Notes under the pieces: model-generated
What the model was told of the DNA's origin: nothing
What the model saw: the letters and a program-made list of their open reading frames with translations, nothing else
The model's database searches: none
NCBI GenBank assembly: GCA_052034255.1
Contig: JBPOIU010000022.1
Span: forward strand, 7,354-71,353
DNA length: 64,000 nt
Origin: Planctomycetota bacterium
GTDB taxonomy: Bacteria > Planctomycetota > B15-G4 > JADJEK01
Direction: 5' to 3'
Shown: piece by piece, positions 52,446-61,186 of the stretch
Numbering within the stretch: position 1 is the stretch's first letter
Layout of the letters: each line of letters starts with the position of its first letter
Program-made: the position numbers and the translations under genes

Positions 52446-53485
52446 CGCGCCGCCTGCTGCGGTCGCTCGAGCAGCACGTAGGCCACGCCATTGCGCTGGA
52501 TCCATACGCGTTCCAGATCTTCGGCACGATAGACGCATTGGCCGCGCTCGGCGGTTTCCGCGGCAGGGTCGTTGACGAAGAAATCGCCGTTCGCGTCGAC
52601 GCCCGTGAGCACGATCAAGTGGCCCTTCGTCGAGCGCATCGGACTGCCGCGCAGCGCTCCGTCCTCGAAGCCGATGCTGACGATCAACGGTTGGCCGAAG
52701 CTGACGATCGTCCGCGCGTCCTGGACGTCGGTGATCCGCGTCAGATACCCGGGAACTCCGAACGAGTAGGCCGCTTGGATCGCGTTCGGCCAATTGCCGT
52801 AGACGTCGTGCTCGGCGTCGTACGCGCGGCGCGCGACCTCCCGCGTCGTCGTCTCGACTCCGCGATAGCGGAGCACCATCGCCACGCACGTGGGCGAACA
52901 CACGCGCGACGCCAGCTTCGGATCCTCGGCGCGCTGACTGAGGTACGGCACCTCGAAGCGCTGGCCCTGCGGCGGTGGAGTGATCTTGCACGCCGTGGGC
53001 GAACCGCGTTCCACCGTGGTGTCGCTGAGACAGAGCGCCAACCGCGCGACCCGCACGGGCGCGTCCCCGAATGACGTCACTCGAGTCTGGATCGCCGTCC
53101 AGCGCGAGGGGCTCTTGAACACGTCGACGTCGACCGCACCACCCGCGAACGAGGTCACGGCATCGGTGGCGGGGACCGCGCCGCCGCGACCGAAGCGCAA
53201 CCACGGCGACCACGGACCGGGCGTGCCGTCGTCTCGATTCGCACGCACACGCGCATCGATCACGAATCCACCGTCGGCAGGAACGTCGACGTTCCACGAC
53301 AGCAGCGCTTCGTTGAACGGAGCCGCAGCGACGACGTCGCCGACGCCGTCCGCGTCGAGTTTCGGCGGTTCCTGGCGCACGAGCGCGTGCACGAACGGTC
53401 GAGCGGGATCCATCGCACCACCCATGTCGGTCCGTCCGTCGGCGAGCCCTGCGAGAAGCACGACGCTGCCGACGAGGCCGATCAT
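52442..53485 (-). CDS. Secreted C39-like (Peptidase_C39_2-type) cysteine peptidase-domain protein
   Basis: Start is at MIGLVGSVVLLAGLA. A ~170-aa beta-rich N-domain is followed by VPYLSQRAEDPKLASRVCSPTCVAMVLRY...KGHLIVLTGVDANGDFFVNDP, which carries the Cys/His/Asp. Confidence 0.6.
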   Translation of the reverse strand: MIGLVGSVVLLAGLADGRTDMGGAMDPARPFVHALVRQEPPKLDADGVGDVVAAAPFNEALLSWNVDVPADGGFVIDARVRANRDDGTPGPWSPWLRFGRGGAVPATDAVTSFAGGAVDVDVFKSPSRWTAIQTRVTSFGDAPVRVARLALCLSDTTVERGSPTACKITPPPQGQRFEVPYLSQRAEDPKLASRVCSPTCVAMVLRYRGVETTTREVARRAYDAEHDVYGNWPNAIQAAYSFGVPGYLTRITDVQDARTIVSFGQPLIVSIGFEDGALRGSPMRSTKGHLIVLTGVDANGDFFVNDPAAETAERGQCVYRAEDLERVWIQRNGVAYVLLERPQQAAR

Positions 53486-53588
53486 TCGAAAGCTCCGAAT
53501 CCGGCGCACACTGGGAAGGAATGGGTTCGGGACGCTGCGCAAGAAGATAGTGTCCGCACCCGCGCGACCGCCCTCCGTCGAGCGAAAC

Positions 53589-54347
53589 ATGATCGAACAT
53601 CGACCCACGTTGATCCGCGTCGAAGACCGTGCGCAGGCCGAGCGCGAGGCCGCCGCTCTGTTCTCCGACCTCGTGCGTTCGCGCACGAACTCCGGCGCCC
53701 GCGTCGTGCTCGGGCTCGCGACGGGACGTTCTCCGATCGGGATCTACGACCGTCTCGTCCAGCAACACGCCGCAGGCTTGTCGTTCCGGCTCGTGACGAC
53801 GTTCAACCTCGACGAGTACTGGCCGATCGAACCGACCCACCCAGCCAGCTTCCATCGGTTCATGCACGAGCGACTGTTCGATCGCGTCGACCTCCCGCGC
53901 GGACAGCGTCACGTTCCGCACGGCTGGTTGGACGAAGCTGCGATCGCGGGCCACTGCGCGGACTACGAAGCGAAGATCGTGGCCGCGGGAGGCATCGACC
54001 TCGCGTTGCTCGGGCTCGGACAGAACGGGCACATCGGCTTCAACGAGCCCGGCTCCGCGCGCGAGTCGCGCACCCGGCTCGTGACACTCGATCCGCGAAC
54101 GCGCGCCGACAACGCGGCTGCGTTCGCGCGCGCGGACGACGTGCCGCGACACGCGATCACGATGGGGATCGCGACGATCCTCGACGCGCGACGCATCGTG
54201 ATGCTGTGCTTCGGCGCGAAGAAGGCGCAGATCCTGAAGGCCGCGCTCGAAGGGCCGATCGCGAGCTCCGTGCCCGCGAGCTTCCTGCGCGAGCATCCGA
54301 ACGTGACCATCTACGCCGACCGCGACGCGACGACGCTGTTGGGTTGA
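53589..54347 (+). CDS. nagB: Glucosamine-6-phosphate deaminase
   Basis: MIEHRPTLIRVEDRAQAEREAA...VLGLATGRSP...TTFNLDEYW...LLGLGQNGHIGFNEPGS is the NagB signature. Confidence 0.8.
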   Translation: MIEHRPTLIRVEDRAQAEREAAALFSDLVRSRTNSGARVVLGLATGRSPIGIYDRLVQQHAAGLSFRLVTTFNLDEYWPIEPTHPASFHRFMHERLFDRVDLPRGQRHVPHGWLDEAAIAGHCADYEAKIVAAGGIDLALLGLGQNGHIGFNEPGSARESRTRLVTLDPRTRADNAAAFARADDVPRHAITMGIATILDARRIVMLCFGAKKAQILKAALEGPIASSVPASFLREHPNVTIYADRDATTLLG

Positions 54348-54383
54348 AGCGGTCCGGCGGGCCGTGCCTCCCGTAGCGAACGT

Positions 54384-56993
54384 TCAGGGGCCGTAGAACA
54401 GATCGAGTCCGTTCGTCGACGTCGCACCGGACGGCGCGCCGGGGTCGGCGACGAACGCCTGGTGGAAGAAGTGGAAGCCCGCCGCGGACACCGGCACGAC
54501 GTAGGGCAGCGTGAACTGGCCCGAGCCCGCCTCGCCCGTCCCACGCACCGGCACCGGCACGACGACCGCGAACGGGAACGTGAGGATCGAGAGGCCGACG
54601 TTCGGCTTGTCGACGAGGTTCGACTCGGCCAGACCGACGACGACGAGGCCCGCGCCCGGTCCGGCCGCACCGCGCAACCGCAGCTCCGCGTTCTCGCCGA
54701 CGCGGAATGGACCACTCGCGCCCAGCGTCGGCCGCATGCCCGCGCTGCCCGCAGCGGCCGCGCCGTACTGACGTCGCGAGCCCCCACCGTCCTGCGGCGA
54801 GTACGTCCGATTCAGCGTCTGCATCAAGCGCAACAGGTCGAGGTCGCCGTCGCCATCGACGTCGCGCAACACGGACGCGTCGCAAGCCATCTCGATCGGC
54901 GGCAGGTAACCGCTGTTGTCGGACTTGCGCAGGTTGATCAACGTCGTCGTGTTCGACCCCAGGATGCCCGGATAGCGAGCGATGTCGGTGAGCCCGTCTC
55001 CGTTCACGTCGCCCGCGACGACCGCGCGCACCATCGGCCCGGAGTTCATGTCGACCTCGCCGAGGCCCGCAAGCGGCGTCGTCGCCGTGAACGCGCCGGT
55101 GCCGTCGTTGATGAGCATCGCCGACTCCTGCCCGGCATTCGTGCCATAGGCGATCTCGGCGATGTCGAGATCGCCGTCGTGGTCGAAGTCCGCGACGGCT
55201 TCGATCCCGGACGCCGGCACGAAGAACGGGTAGGCCACCGCGGGCGCGAACGCTCCGCCGCCGAGGCCGAGCGCCGTGCGCCCGCGCATCACGAGGTCCT
55301 TGGTGCCGTCGTTGTTCAGATCGACGACGTGCGTGATGCGCGCGGCCATGGTCGGTCCGGTCGTGAACGAACCGGATCCATCGTTGAAGTAGAGGACGGC
55401 GTCCGCCGCGACGTCGGTGTCACCGTCGCCATCGAGATCGGCGACGACCGCGCGGTCGGACTCGAACGACACGCCGAACTGCGTGCCGGGCTGCGTGATC
55501 GGCACCGCGGTGCCGAACTCGCCGCCACCGGGGTTCCTCCACAGGTACATGCGGTACAGCCGGGCGACGGAGTCGTAGCCGCGCATCAAGCGATCGATCG
55601 AGCCGTCCCCGTCGACGTCGCCGAAGTACCCGTGGCTCGCCCAACTCACGTTCGCGGGCGGCGCCGGCAGGACCGGCATGAAGTCGGCGTACGTGCCCTC
55701 ACCGCCGTTCTTGCGATACGACCCGATCGGACCTTCGAACGTGGCTTGGCGCGGCAGGTCGACGTCGCCATCCCCGTCGAGATCGAACGTCGATCGCACG
55801 GTCGGGAGCCCGACCAACGCGCTGCTCGCGAGGTTCGTCGGACCGCGGATCGGTCCGCGCGCGTAGTAGACGCAGCGCCCCGCGACCAAGTCGACGTCGC
55901 CGTCGGCGTCGAGATCGGTGGCGCCCGCGATGTGCTCCGAGCCGACGCCGGGGAACGTGATCGCCGGCGCGAACGAGCCAGTCCCGTCGTTGATCGTGAT
56001 CTCGAACTTCGAGGCGCTCGAGTTCAGCGGCGGATCCGAGCCGCCGCTGCTGCAGCAGATGCCGTCGAGATCGCCGTCGCCGTCGACGTCCGCGAGCTCG
56101 GTCGCCGGCCCGCCGACGACCGGCGCTTCCATGACGAACGTCGACGCGCCCGTACGACGCAGCGTGACGTAGGTGTCGGGCATCGCTCCGAACACGACGA
56201 TGTCGTCGTCGCCGTCCCCATCGACGTCGCCGGTCGCGGGCATCGGCATCGCGACGTTCGGCACGAACGCCTGCGGCGTCCCCGGCTGGCCATTCGCGAC
56301 CGGGACCAGGACGAGGAAGTCGTCGACGAAGAACAACAGATCGGCCGCGCCGTCGCCGTCGACCTCGGTGACGTCGAACATCGAGAACTCGGCGCCGCCG
56401 AGGAAGGCCGTGTGCGTGATCGCCGGTTCGACGCCGAAGCCCTGATCGAGCCGGATCGAATAGCCGTGCAGGTGCGCGGTCGCGGGATCGTCGACGCCGT
56501 TGCCGTCGAAGTCCGCGAGCACGACCCCGCTGGGGATGTTCGCCTCCGTCCACATGGAGCGCACGGTCGGCGGAGCGGCGCCGTTGCTTTGATACACCGC
56601 GACGGTCGTGCCCGCGGTCACGATGAAGTCGCCGTTCGCGTTGCCGTCGACCGAGCCGACCGCGACATGGTTCGGCAACGCGTAGACGGTCGGTCCCACC
56701 GGTTGCATCACCGACCACGCTTCGACGAGTTTCGTGCCGTCGTTGATCCACCCGGTGACGATCGCGCGGTGGTTCGTGAACTTGTCGGGCCAAGCTCCGA
56801 CCGCATCCATGCGGCCGTCGCCGTTCAGGTCGACCAATGCTTGGTAGCGGTGCAGCGCGTCCAGTTCGACCAACGCGGCGTCGAACGACGCGCGCGACTC
56901 CTGCGCGGAAGCGGAGGTCGGTCCGACCGCCGTCGGCGCCCACAACGAAACGAACAGCAGCGCCACGAAACGCGAGTCGAACGAGCGGGTCAT
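54384..56993 (-). CDS. Secreted FG-GAP/VCBS-repeat (integrin-alpha-like beta-propeller) protein
   Basis: A signal peptide is followed by repeated DxDGDGxxD(L/I) Ca-binding loops (DVDGDGDLD, DLDGDGDVD, DLDGDGDTD, DFDHDGDLD). Confidence 0.75.
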   Translation of the reverse strand: MTRSFDSRFVALLFVSLWAPTAVGPTSASAQESRASFDAALVELDALHRYQALVDLNGDGRMDAVGAWPDKFTNHRAIVTGWINDGTKLVEAWSVMQPVGPTVYALPNHVAVGSVDGNANGDFIVTAGTTVAVYQSNGAAPPTVRSMWTEANIPSGVVLADFDGNGVDDPATAHLHGYSIRLDQGFGVEPAITHTAFLGGAEFSMFDVTEVDGDGAADLLFFVDDFLVLVPVANGQPGTPQAFVPNVAMPMPATGDVDGDGDDDIVVFGAMPDTYVTLRRTGASTFVMEAPVVGGPATELADVDGDGDLDGICCSSGGSDPPLNSSASKFEITINDGTGSFAPAITFPGVGSEHIAGATDLDADGDVDLVAGRCVYYARGPIRGPTNLASSALVGLPTVRSTFDLDGDGDVDLPRQATFEGPIGSYRKNGGEGTYADFMPVLPAPPANVSWASHGYFGDVDGDGSIDRLMRGYDSVARLYRMYLWRNPGGGEFGTAVPITQPGTQFGVSFESDRAVVADLDGDGDTDVAADAVLYFNDGSGSFTTGPTMAARITHVVDLNNDGTKDLVMRGRTALGLGGGAFAPAVAYPFFVPASGIEAVADFDHDGDLDIAEIAYGTNAGQESAMLINDGTGAFTATTPLAGLGEVDMNSGPMVRAVVAGDVNGDGLTDIARYPGILGSNTTTLINLRKSDNSGYLPPIEMACDASVLRDVDGDGDLDLLRLMQTLNRTYSPQDGGGSRRQYGAAAAGSAGMRPTLGASGPFRVGENAELRLRGAAGPGAGLVVVGLAESNLVDKPNVGLSILTFPFAVVVPVPVRGTGEAGSGQFTLPYVVPVSAAGFHFFHQAFVADPGAPSGATSTNGLDLFYGP

Positions 56994-57106
56994 GCGGGGG
57001 TCCTCCGGTCCGGCAGAACGGACGACGCGAAGCGTACGGGACAGCCTGTCTGGAACGAGCCACGCGTCGGCTTGAGCCCCTCCCTGCCCCCCGGTAGGGT
57101 CGCACC

Positions 57107-58885
57107 ATGCTCGATCCCACCCTCGCGACGTACGGCTTCACGTGGCTCGACTGGCTGGTGCTGATCGGGTACCTGACCCTGACGACGGTGCTCGGCGCCA
57201 AGCTCGCGGGCAAGAACACGACGATTCGCGAGTTCTTCCTCGGCGGCCGCAAACTCCCGTGGTGGGCGGTGGCGGGTTCGATCATCGCGACCGAGATCTC
57301 CGCGGTGACGTTCGTGTCGGTGCCGTCGGTGGTGTTCAAACCGGGCGGTGACCTGCGCTATTTCCAGCACGCGCTGTTCGGCGCGCTGTTCGCGCGCGTC
57401 ATCGTCGCGCTGGTGCTCGTGCCCGCGTACTACCAGCGCGAGATCTACTCGCCGTACGACTACATGGGCCACAAGCTCGGCGCCGCGGTGAAGAAGGTCA
57501 CGACCGCGCTGTTCTCGCTGGGCGGCATCCTCGCGCAGTCGTCGCGCGTGTACCTGACCGCGGTCGTGCTCGAGGTCGTGCTCGGTCCCTCGTTCTTCGC
57601 GCCGGTGCAGCAGGCGCTCGGCATCGACCCGGTCATCCAGTCGATCGTGCTGATCGGCGTCATCGCGATCGTGTGGACGTTGCTCGGCGGCATCACGACC
57701 GTGATCTGGACCGACGTGATCCTCTTTGGCGTGTTCTTCGTCGGCGCGCTGGCCGCACTCGGTTGCGTCGTGTGGAACCTCGATGGCGGCTTCGCGGAGC
57801 TGTTCCGCGTCGGTTGGGAAGCAGGCAAGTTCCGCTTGCTCGACTTCGACACCGACCCGACGAAGACCTACACGGTGATCGCCGCGGCGTTCGGCACCAC
57901 GCTCGGCAACATCGGCATCTTCGGCACCGACCAGTTGATGGCACAACGCGTGTTCTGCTGCAAGAACGCGCGCGACGCGCAGAAGGCGATGATCGCGAGC
58001 TGGCTCGGCAACGCCGTGACGTTGACCGTGATGTTGGTCGGCATCGCGCTGTACGCGTACTACGCGCAGCATCCGATGACCGGCGACACGCTCGCGAGCT
58101 ATCAGGCGAACACCGAGCGCATCTTCCCGATCTTCATCGTCCAAGTCATCCCGCCGGGTCTGACGGGTCTGATCATCGCCGGCATCTTCGCCGCGGCGAT
58201 CTCGAGCCTCGATTCGATCCTTGCCGCGCTCGCGCAGACGTCGTTGTCCGCGATCTGGCAACCGCTGCGTCGGCGCAAGCTCGGGCTCGGGCAAGACGAG
58301 CCGTTTCCTCCCGACGAAGACGTCAAACAGGTCGCGGTCGGGCGATGGTTCATCGTCATCGCCGGCGTGGTGCTGACCGCGGCGGCGATTGGCATGATCG
58401 AGGTCGCGAAGTCGTACAAGTCGATCCTGGACCTCGCGCTGGCGATGGCGGGGTACACGAGTGGCGCGTTGCTCGCGGGCTTCCTGCTCGCGTTCCTGCC
58501 GCAAGTGAAGGTCGACGGCTTCGGCTACTGCTTCGCCGCGCCGCTGTCGGCCGTGTTCGTCTACGCACTCGTATGGCACAACGACGCGAGTGCGTGGTTC
58601 TCGGGCGCGTGTGGATTCGTCGCGGTCCTGATCTATTGCGCCTGCTGCGCCCGCGGAGTGCGCGGAGCGAGCGTCGCGAAGCTGCCGTGGCTCGTGCTCG
58701 CGGTCCTGCTGATCCTCGCCGCGAATCGCTGGGGCACGTTCACGCGGATCGACGCCAGCACCGGCACGGCGAACGAAATCGCGATCGCATTCCCGTATCA
58801 AGCCCCGCTCGGCGCGTTGTTCGCATTCGTGTTCGCGCTCGTTCTCGGCAGACCACGTACCGCCGCCCTGGAGCCCGCACGATGA
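57107..58885 (+). CDS. Sodium:solute symporter family (SSF) transporter
   Basis: 13-14 TMs. REFFLGGRKLPWWAVAGSIIATEISAVTFVSVPS is the SSF N-terminal signature. ATGA overlap with the downstream gene. Confidence 0.8.
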   Translation: MLDPTLATYGFTWLDWLVLIGYLTLTTVLGAKLAGKNTTIREFFLGGRKLPWWAVAGSIIATEISAVTFVSVPSVVFKPGGDLRYFQHALFGALFARVIVALVLVPAYYQREIYSPYDYMGHKLGAAVKKVTTALFSLGGILAQSSRVYLTAVVLEVVLGPSFFAPVQQALGIDPVIQSIVLIGVIAIVWTLLGGITTVIWTDVILFGVFFVGALAALGCVVWNLDGGFAELFRVGWEAGKFRLLDFDTDPTKTYTVIAAAFGTTLGNIGIFGTDQLMAQRVFCCKNARDAQKAMIASWLGNAVTLTVMLVGIALYAYYAQHPMTGDTLASYQANTERIFPIFIVQVIPPGLTGLIIAGIFAAAISSLDSILAALAQTSLSAIWQPLRRRKLGLGQDEPFPPDEDVKQVAVGRWFIVIAGVVLTAAAIGMIEVAKSYKSILDLALAMAGYTSGALLAGFLLAFLPQVKVDGFGYCFAAPLSAVFVYALVWHNDASAWFSGACGFVAVLIYCACCARGVRGASVAKLPWLVLAVLLILAANRWGTFTRIDASTGTANEIAIAFPYQAPLGALFAFVFALVLGRPRTAALEPAR

Positions 58886-60126
58886 TCGCTCGCGCCGCGT
58901 TGCGCTGGATCGTTCTCGCATTGCCATGGACGACCGGGTGTGCGACGTCGGCATTCGACGAACCCACGCGCGCGATCTGGGTCACGCGCTTCGACACCAA
59001 GACCGCCGCAGACGTGCAAGGAGCGATCCGCAACTGCGCCGACGCCGGCTTCAACCACGTGATGTTCCAGGCGCGCGGCCATGGCGTCGCGCACTACCGT
59101 TCGGCATTGGAGCCCTGGGCCGACGAACTCGGCGGCGTCGACCCGGGCTACGACCCGCTCGACGTCGCGTGCCGTGAGGCGCATGCGCTCGGCATGAAGC
59201 TCCACGCGTGGATCAACGTGATGCCGTCCTGGCGCGGCACGACTCCGCCGACGAACGCGCGGCAGTTGTACGCGGCGCATCCCGAATGGCATTGGTTCGA
59301 CGCGAGCGGTGCGCGCCAGCCGCTGCGACCGAACTTCTACGTGAGCCTGAATCCGTGCCTGCCCGAAGTCCGCGCGTACTTGGTCGACGTCTGCCGGGAG
59401 CTCGTGACGACCTACCCGATCGACGGCCTCCATCTCGACTACGTGCGCTTCGTCGACGACCTCGATCCCGACCCCGACGCGTATCCGCGAGACGCGACGA
59501 CGCTCGCGCTCTTCCGCGCGGCGACGGGCCTGGCTCCCGACGAGGATCTCGCCACGTGGCGCACGTGGAAGGCCGAACAGGTCACGACGCTGGTGCGCGA
59601 CATCCGCGCGATGGTCGACGCGGAAGGTCGCGACGTCGTGCTCACGGCGGCGGTCGGATCGAGCCCCGAGGGTCCGCAGGACAAGCACCAGCGCGACAGC
59701 CGACGTTGGGTCGACGAAGGCTTGGTCGATGCCGTGTTCCCGATGAACTACACGGCCGACATCTCGCTGTTCCGCACGCGAGCGTCCGCGTGGGGCCACG
59801 CGACGCAGGACTCCGGCGTCGCGTTCGTCCAGGGCATCCAGATCGATCCCGCACGCAGCCTCGACGTCGTCGAGACCCAGCTCGCGTTGTCGCTGCGCGA
59901 GACGTCGCACTACTGCTTGTTCGCGTACGCGCATCTGTTCGGGCGCGACACGTCGCCCGAACGGCGCGAGCGCATCGTTCGCGCGGTCCGAGCGACGGCG
60001 ACGCGACGCGACGATCGAGGGGGCTCGAGCGTTTGGGGACTTGCCGTCGGTGCGAACGCGGTGTTCAGTTGGCAAGCGCCAGCCACCCACTCCGAGGACC
60101 GTGACGCTGCTGCCGTGACTCGCTGA
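58882..60126 (+). CDS. Glycoside-hydrolase-like GHL10 (family 10 glycosylhydrolase / DUF4015) lipoprotein
   Basis: Start is at MIARAALRWIVLALPWTTGC. FNHVMFQARGHGVAHYRS...GMKLHAWINVMP...DGLHLDYVRF resembles GHL10. It is co-operonic with the SSF transporter. Confidence 0.6.
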   Translation: MIARAALRWIVLALPWTTGCATSAFDEPTRAIWVTRFDTKTAADVQGAIRNCADAGFNHVMFQARGHGVAHYRSALEPWADELGGVDPGYDPLDVACREAHALGMKLHAWINVMPSWRGTTPPTNARQLYAAHPEWHWFDASGARQPLRPNFYVSLNPCLPEVRAYLVDVCRELVTTYPIDGLHLDYVRFVDDLDPDPDAYPRDATTLALFRAATGLAPDEDLATWRTWKAEQVTTLVRDIRAMVDAEGRDVVLTAAVGSSPEGPQDKHQRDSRRWVDEGLVDAVFPMNYTADISLFRTRASAWGHATQDSGVAFVQGIQIDPARSLDVVETQLALSLRETSHYCLFAYAHLFGRDTSPERRERIVRAVRATATRRDDRGGSSVWGLAVGANAVFSWQAPATHSEDRDAAAVTR

Positions 60127-60217
60127 GCAGCGGAGTCCGTGGCGGCGACCCCGATCGATCCGCCGCAAAGGGCAGGTCCCTTGGGCGTACCCCGCCCCCA
60201 AACGAATGAGACTTGCG

Positions 60218-61006
60218 TCAGATCCCGTCGGCGATGCCGTTCGCGATCGCCGTCGCGATCGTCTTGCGATACGCCTCGCTGCCGAGATTGCGCGCGTCGG
60301 TCTGGTTCGTGAGGTAGCCGCACTCGACGAGGATCGACGGTCGTCGGTGCCCGACCAGCACGCGGAAGTCGGCGCTGCGGACTCCGCGCGTGGCGATGCC
60401 CGACGCTTTCAGATTGCGCAGCACTGCCTCGGCCACGCGACGGCTCTGCGGGCTCGCGGAGCGCGCGACGTAGACCGTCGCGCCCGCGATCGACCGATCC
60501 TCGTGCGAATCGGCGTGCACCGACACGAGCAAGTCGGCCTTCGTCTTGTCCGCGGTCGCGGCGCGGCGATCGAGCTCGATGAACACATCCTTCGTGCGCG
60601 TCATCGTCACGTGCGCGCCGTGTTGATCGAGTTTCGTCGCCAGCTCCTTCGCGATCGCCAGCGTGATCGACTTCTCCGGGCTCTTCGACACACCTTGCGT
60701 TCCGGGATCCGTGCCGCCGTGGCCGGCGTCGACCACGATCGTCGCTCCACGCAACTCGCCGCGGCTCGCCGTCGGCGCCGGCGCGGGCGGTGTCGTCTTG
60801 CTCGGGGTCGTGACGGCGGGCGCGGGTTTGCTCGGCGGCATCGAGGTGACACTGGGCGCGGGCTTCTGCGGAGCGGGTCGGCTCGTGACCGGGACGTGCT
60901 TCGGTGGAGCGATCGTCTGGGTCGAACCGCAGCCGAGGACGCCGAAGCAAGCCGCGAACGTCACGACCAGCGCGCTTCCGTTGCGCAACACGGAACCCAG
61001 ACCCAT
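60218..61006 (-). CDS. N-acetylmuramoyl-L-alanine amidase (Amidase_3 / AmiC-type) lipoprotein
   Basis: Start is at MGLGSVLRNGSALVVTFAACFGVLGC. A Pro/Thr-rich linker is followed by IVVDAGHGGTDPG...LLVSVHAD...ILVECGYLTN. Confidence 0.75.
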   Translation of the reverse strand: MGLGSVLRNGSALVVTFAACFGVLGCGSTQTIAPPKHVPVTSRPAPQKPAPSVTSMPPSKPAPAVTTPSKTTPPAPAPTASRGELRGATIVVDAGHGGTDPGTQGVSKSPEKSITLAIAKELATKLDQHGAHVTMTRTKDVFIELDRRAATADKTKADLLVSVHADSHEDRSIAGATVYVARSASPQSRRVAEAVLRNLKASGIATRGVRSADFRVLVGHRRPSILVECGYLTNQTDARNLGSEAYRKTIATAIANGIADGI

Positions 61007-61186
61007 CGCGTCCACCCTCCACTGCGGCAATCCGCTTGCTCAAGGAATGCAGTCGATCGCGTCGAAATCGATCGCGGCGGCATGCCGCATGCATGCCCGA
61101 TGCGACGCCCATCGCGCCGCTCCTATAAGGGTTCCGGCACGCGCGAGCGAATGCCGTTCGTCCTATTCCTGGATCTGGAGTTCCCG

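Noticed and set aside
54462-57164. 900-aa plus-strand ORF antisense to the FG-GAP repeat protein
   Set aside because: Arg/Val/Asp-rich and low-complexity. It mirrors the GAC/GGC codon bias of the DxDGDG repeats on the opposite strand.
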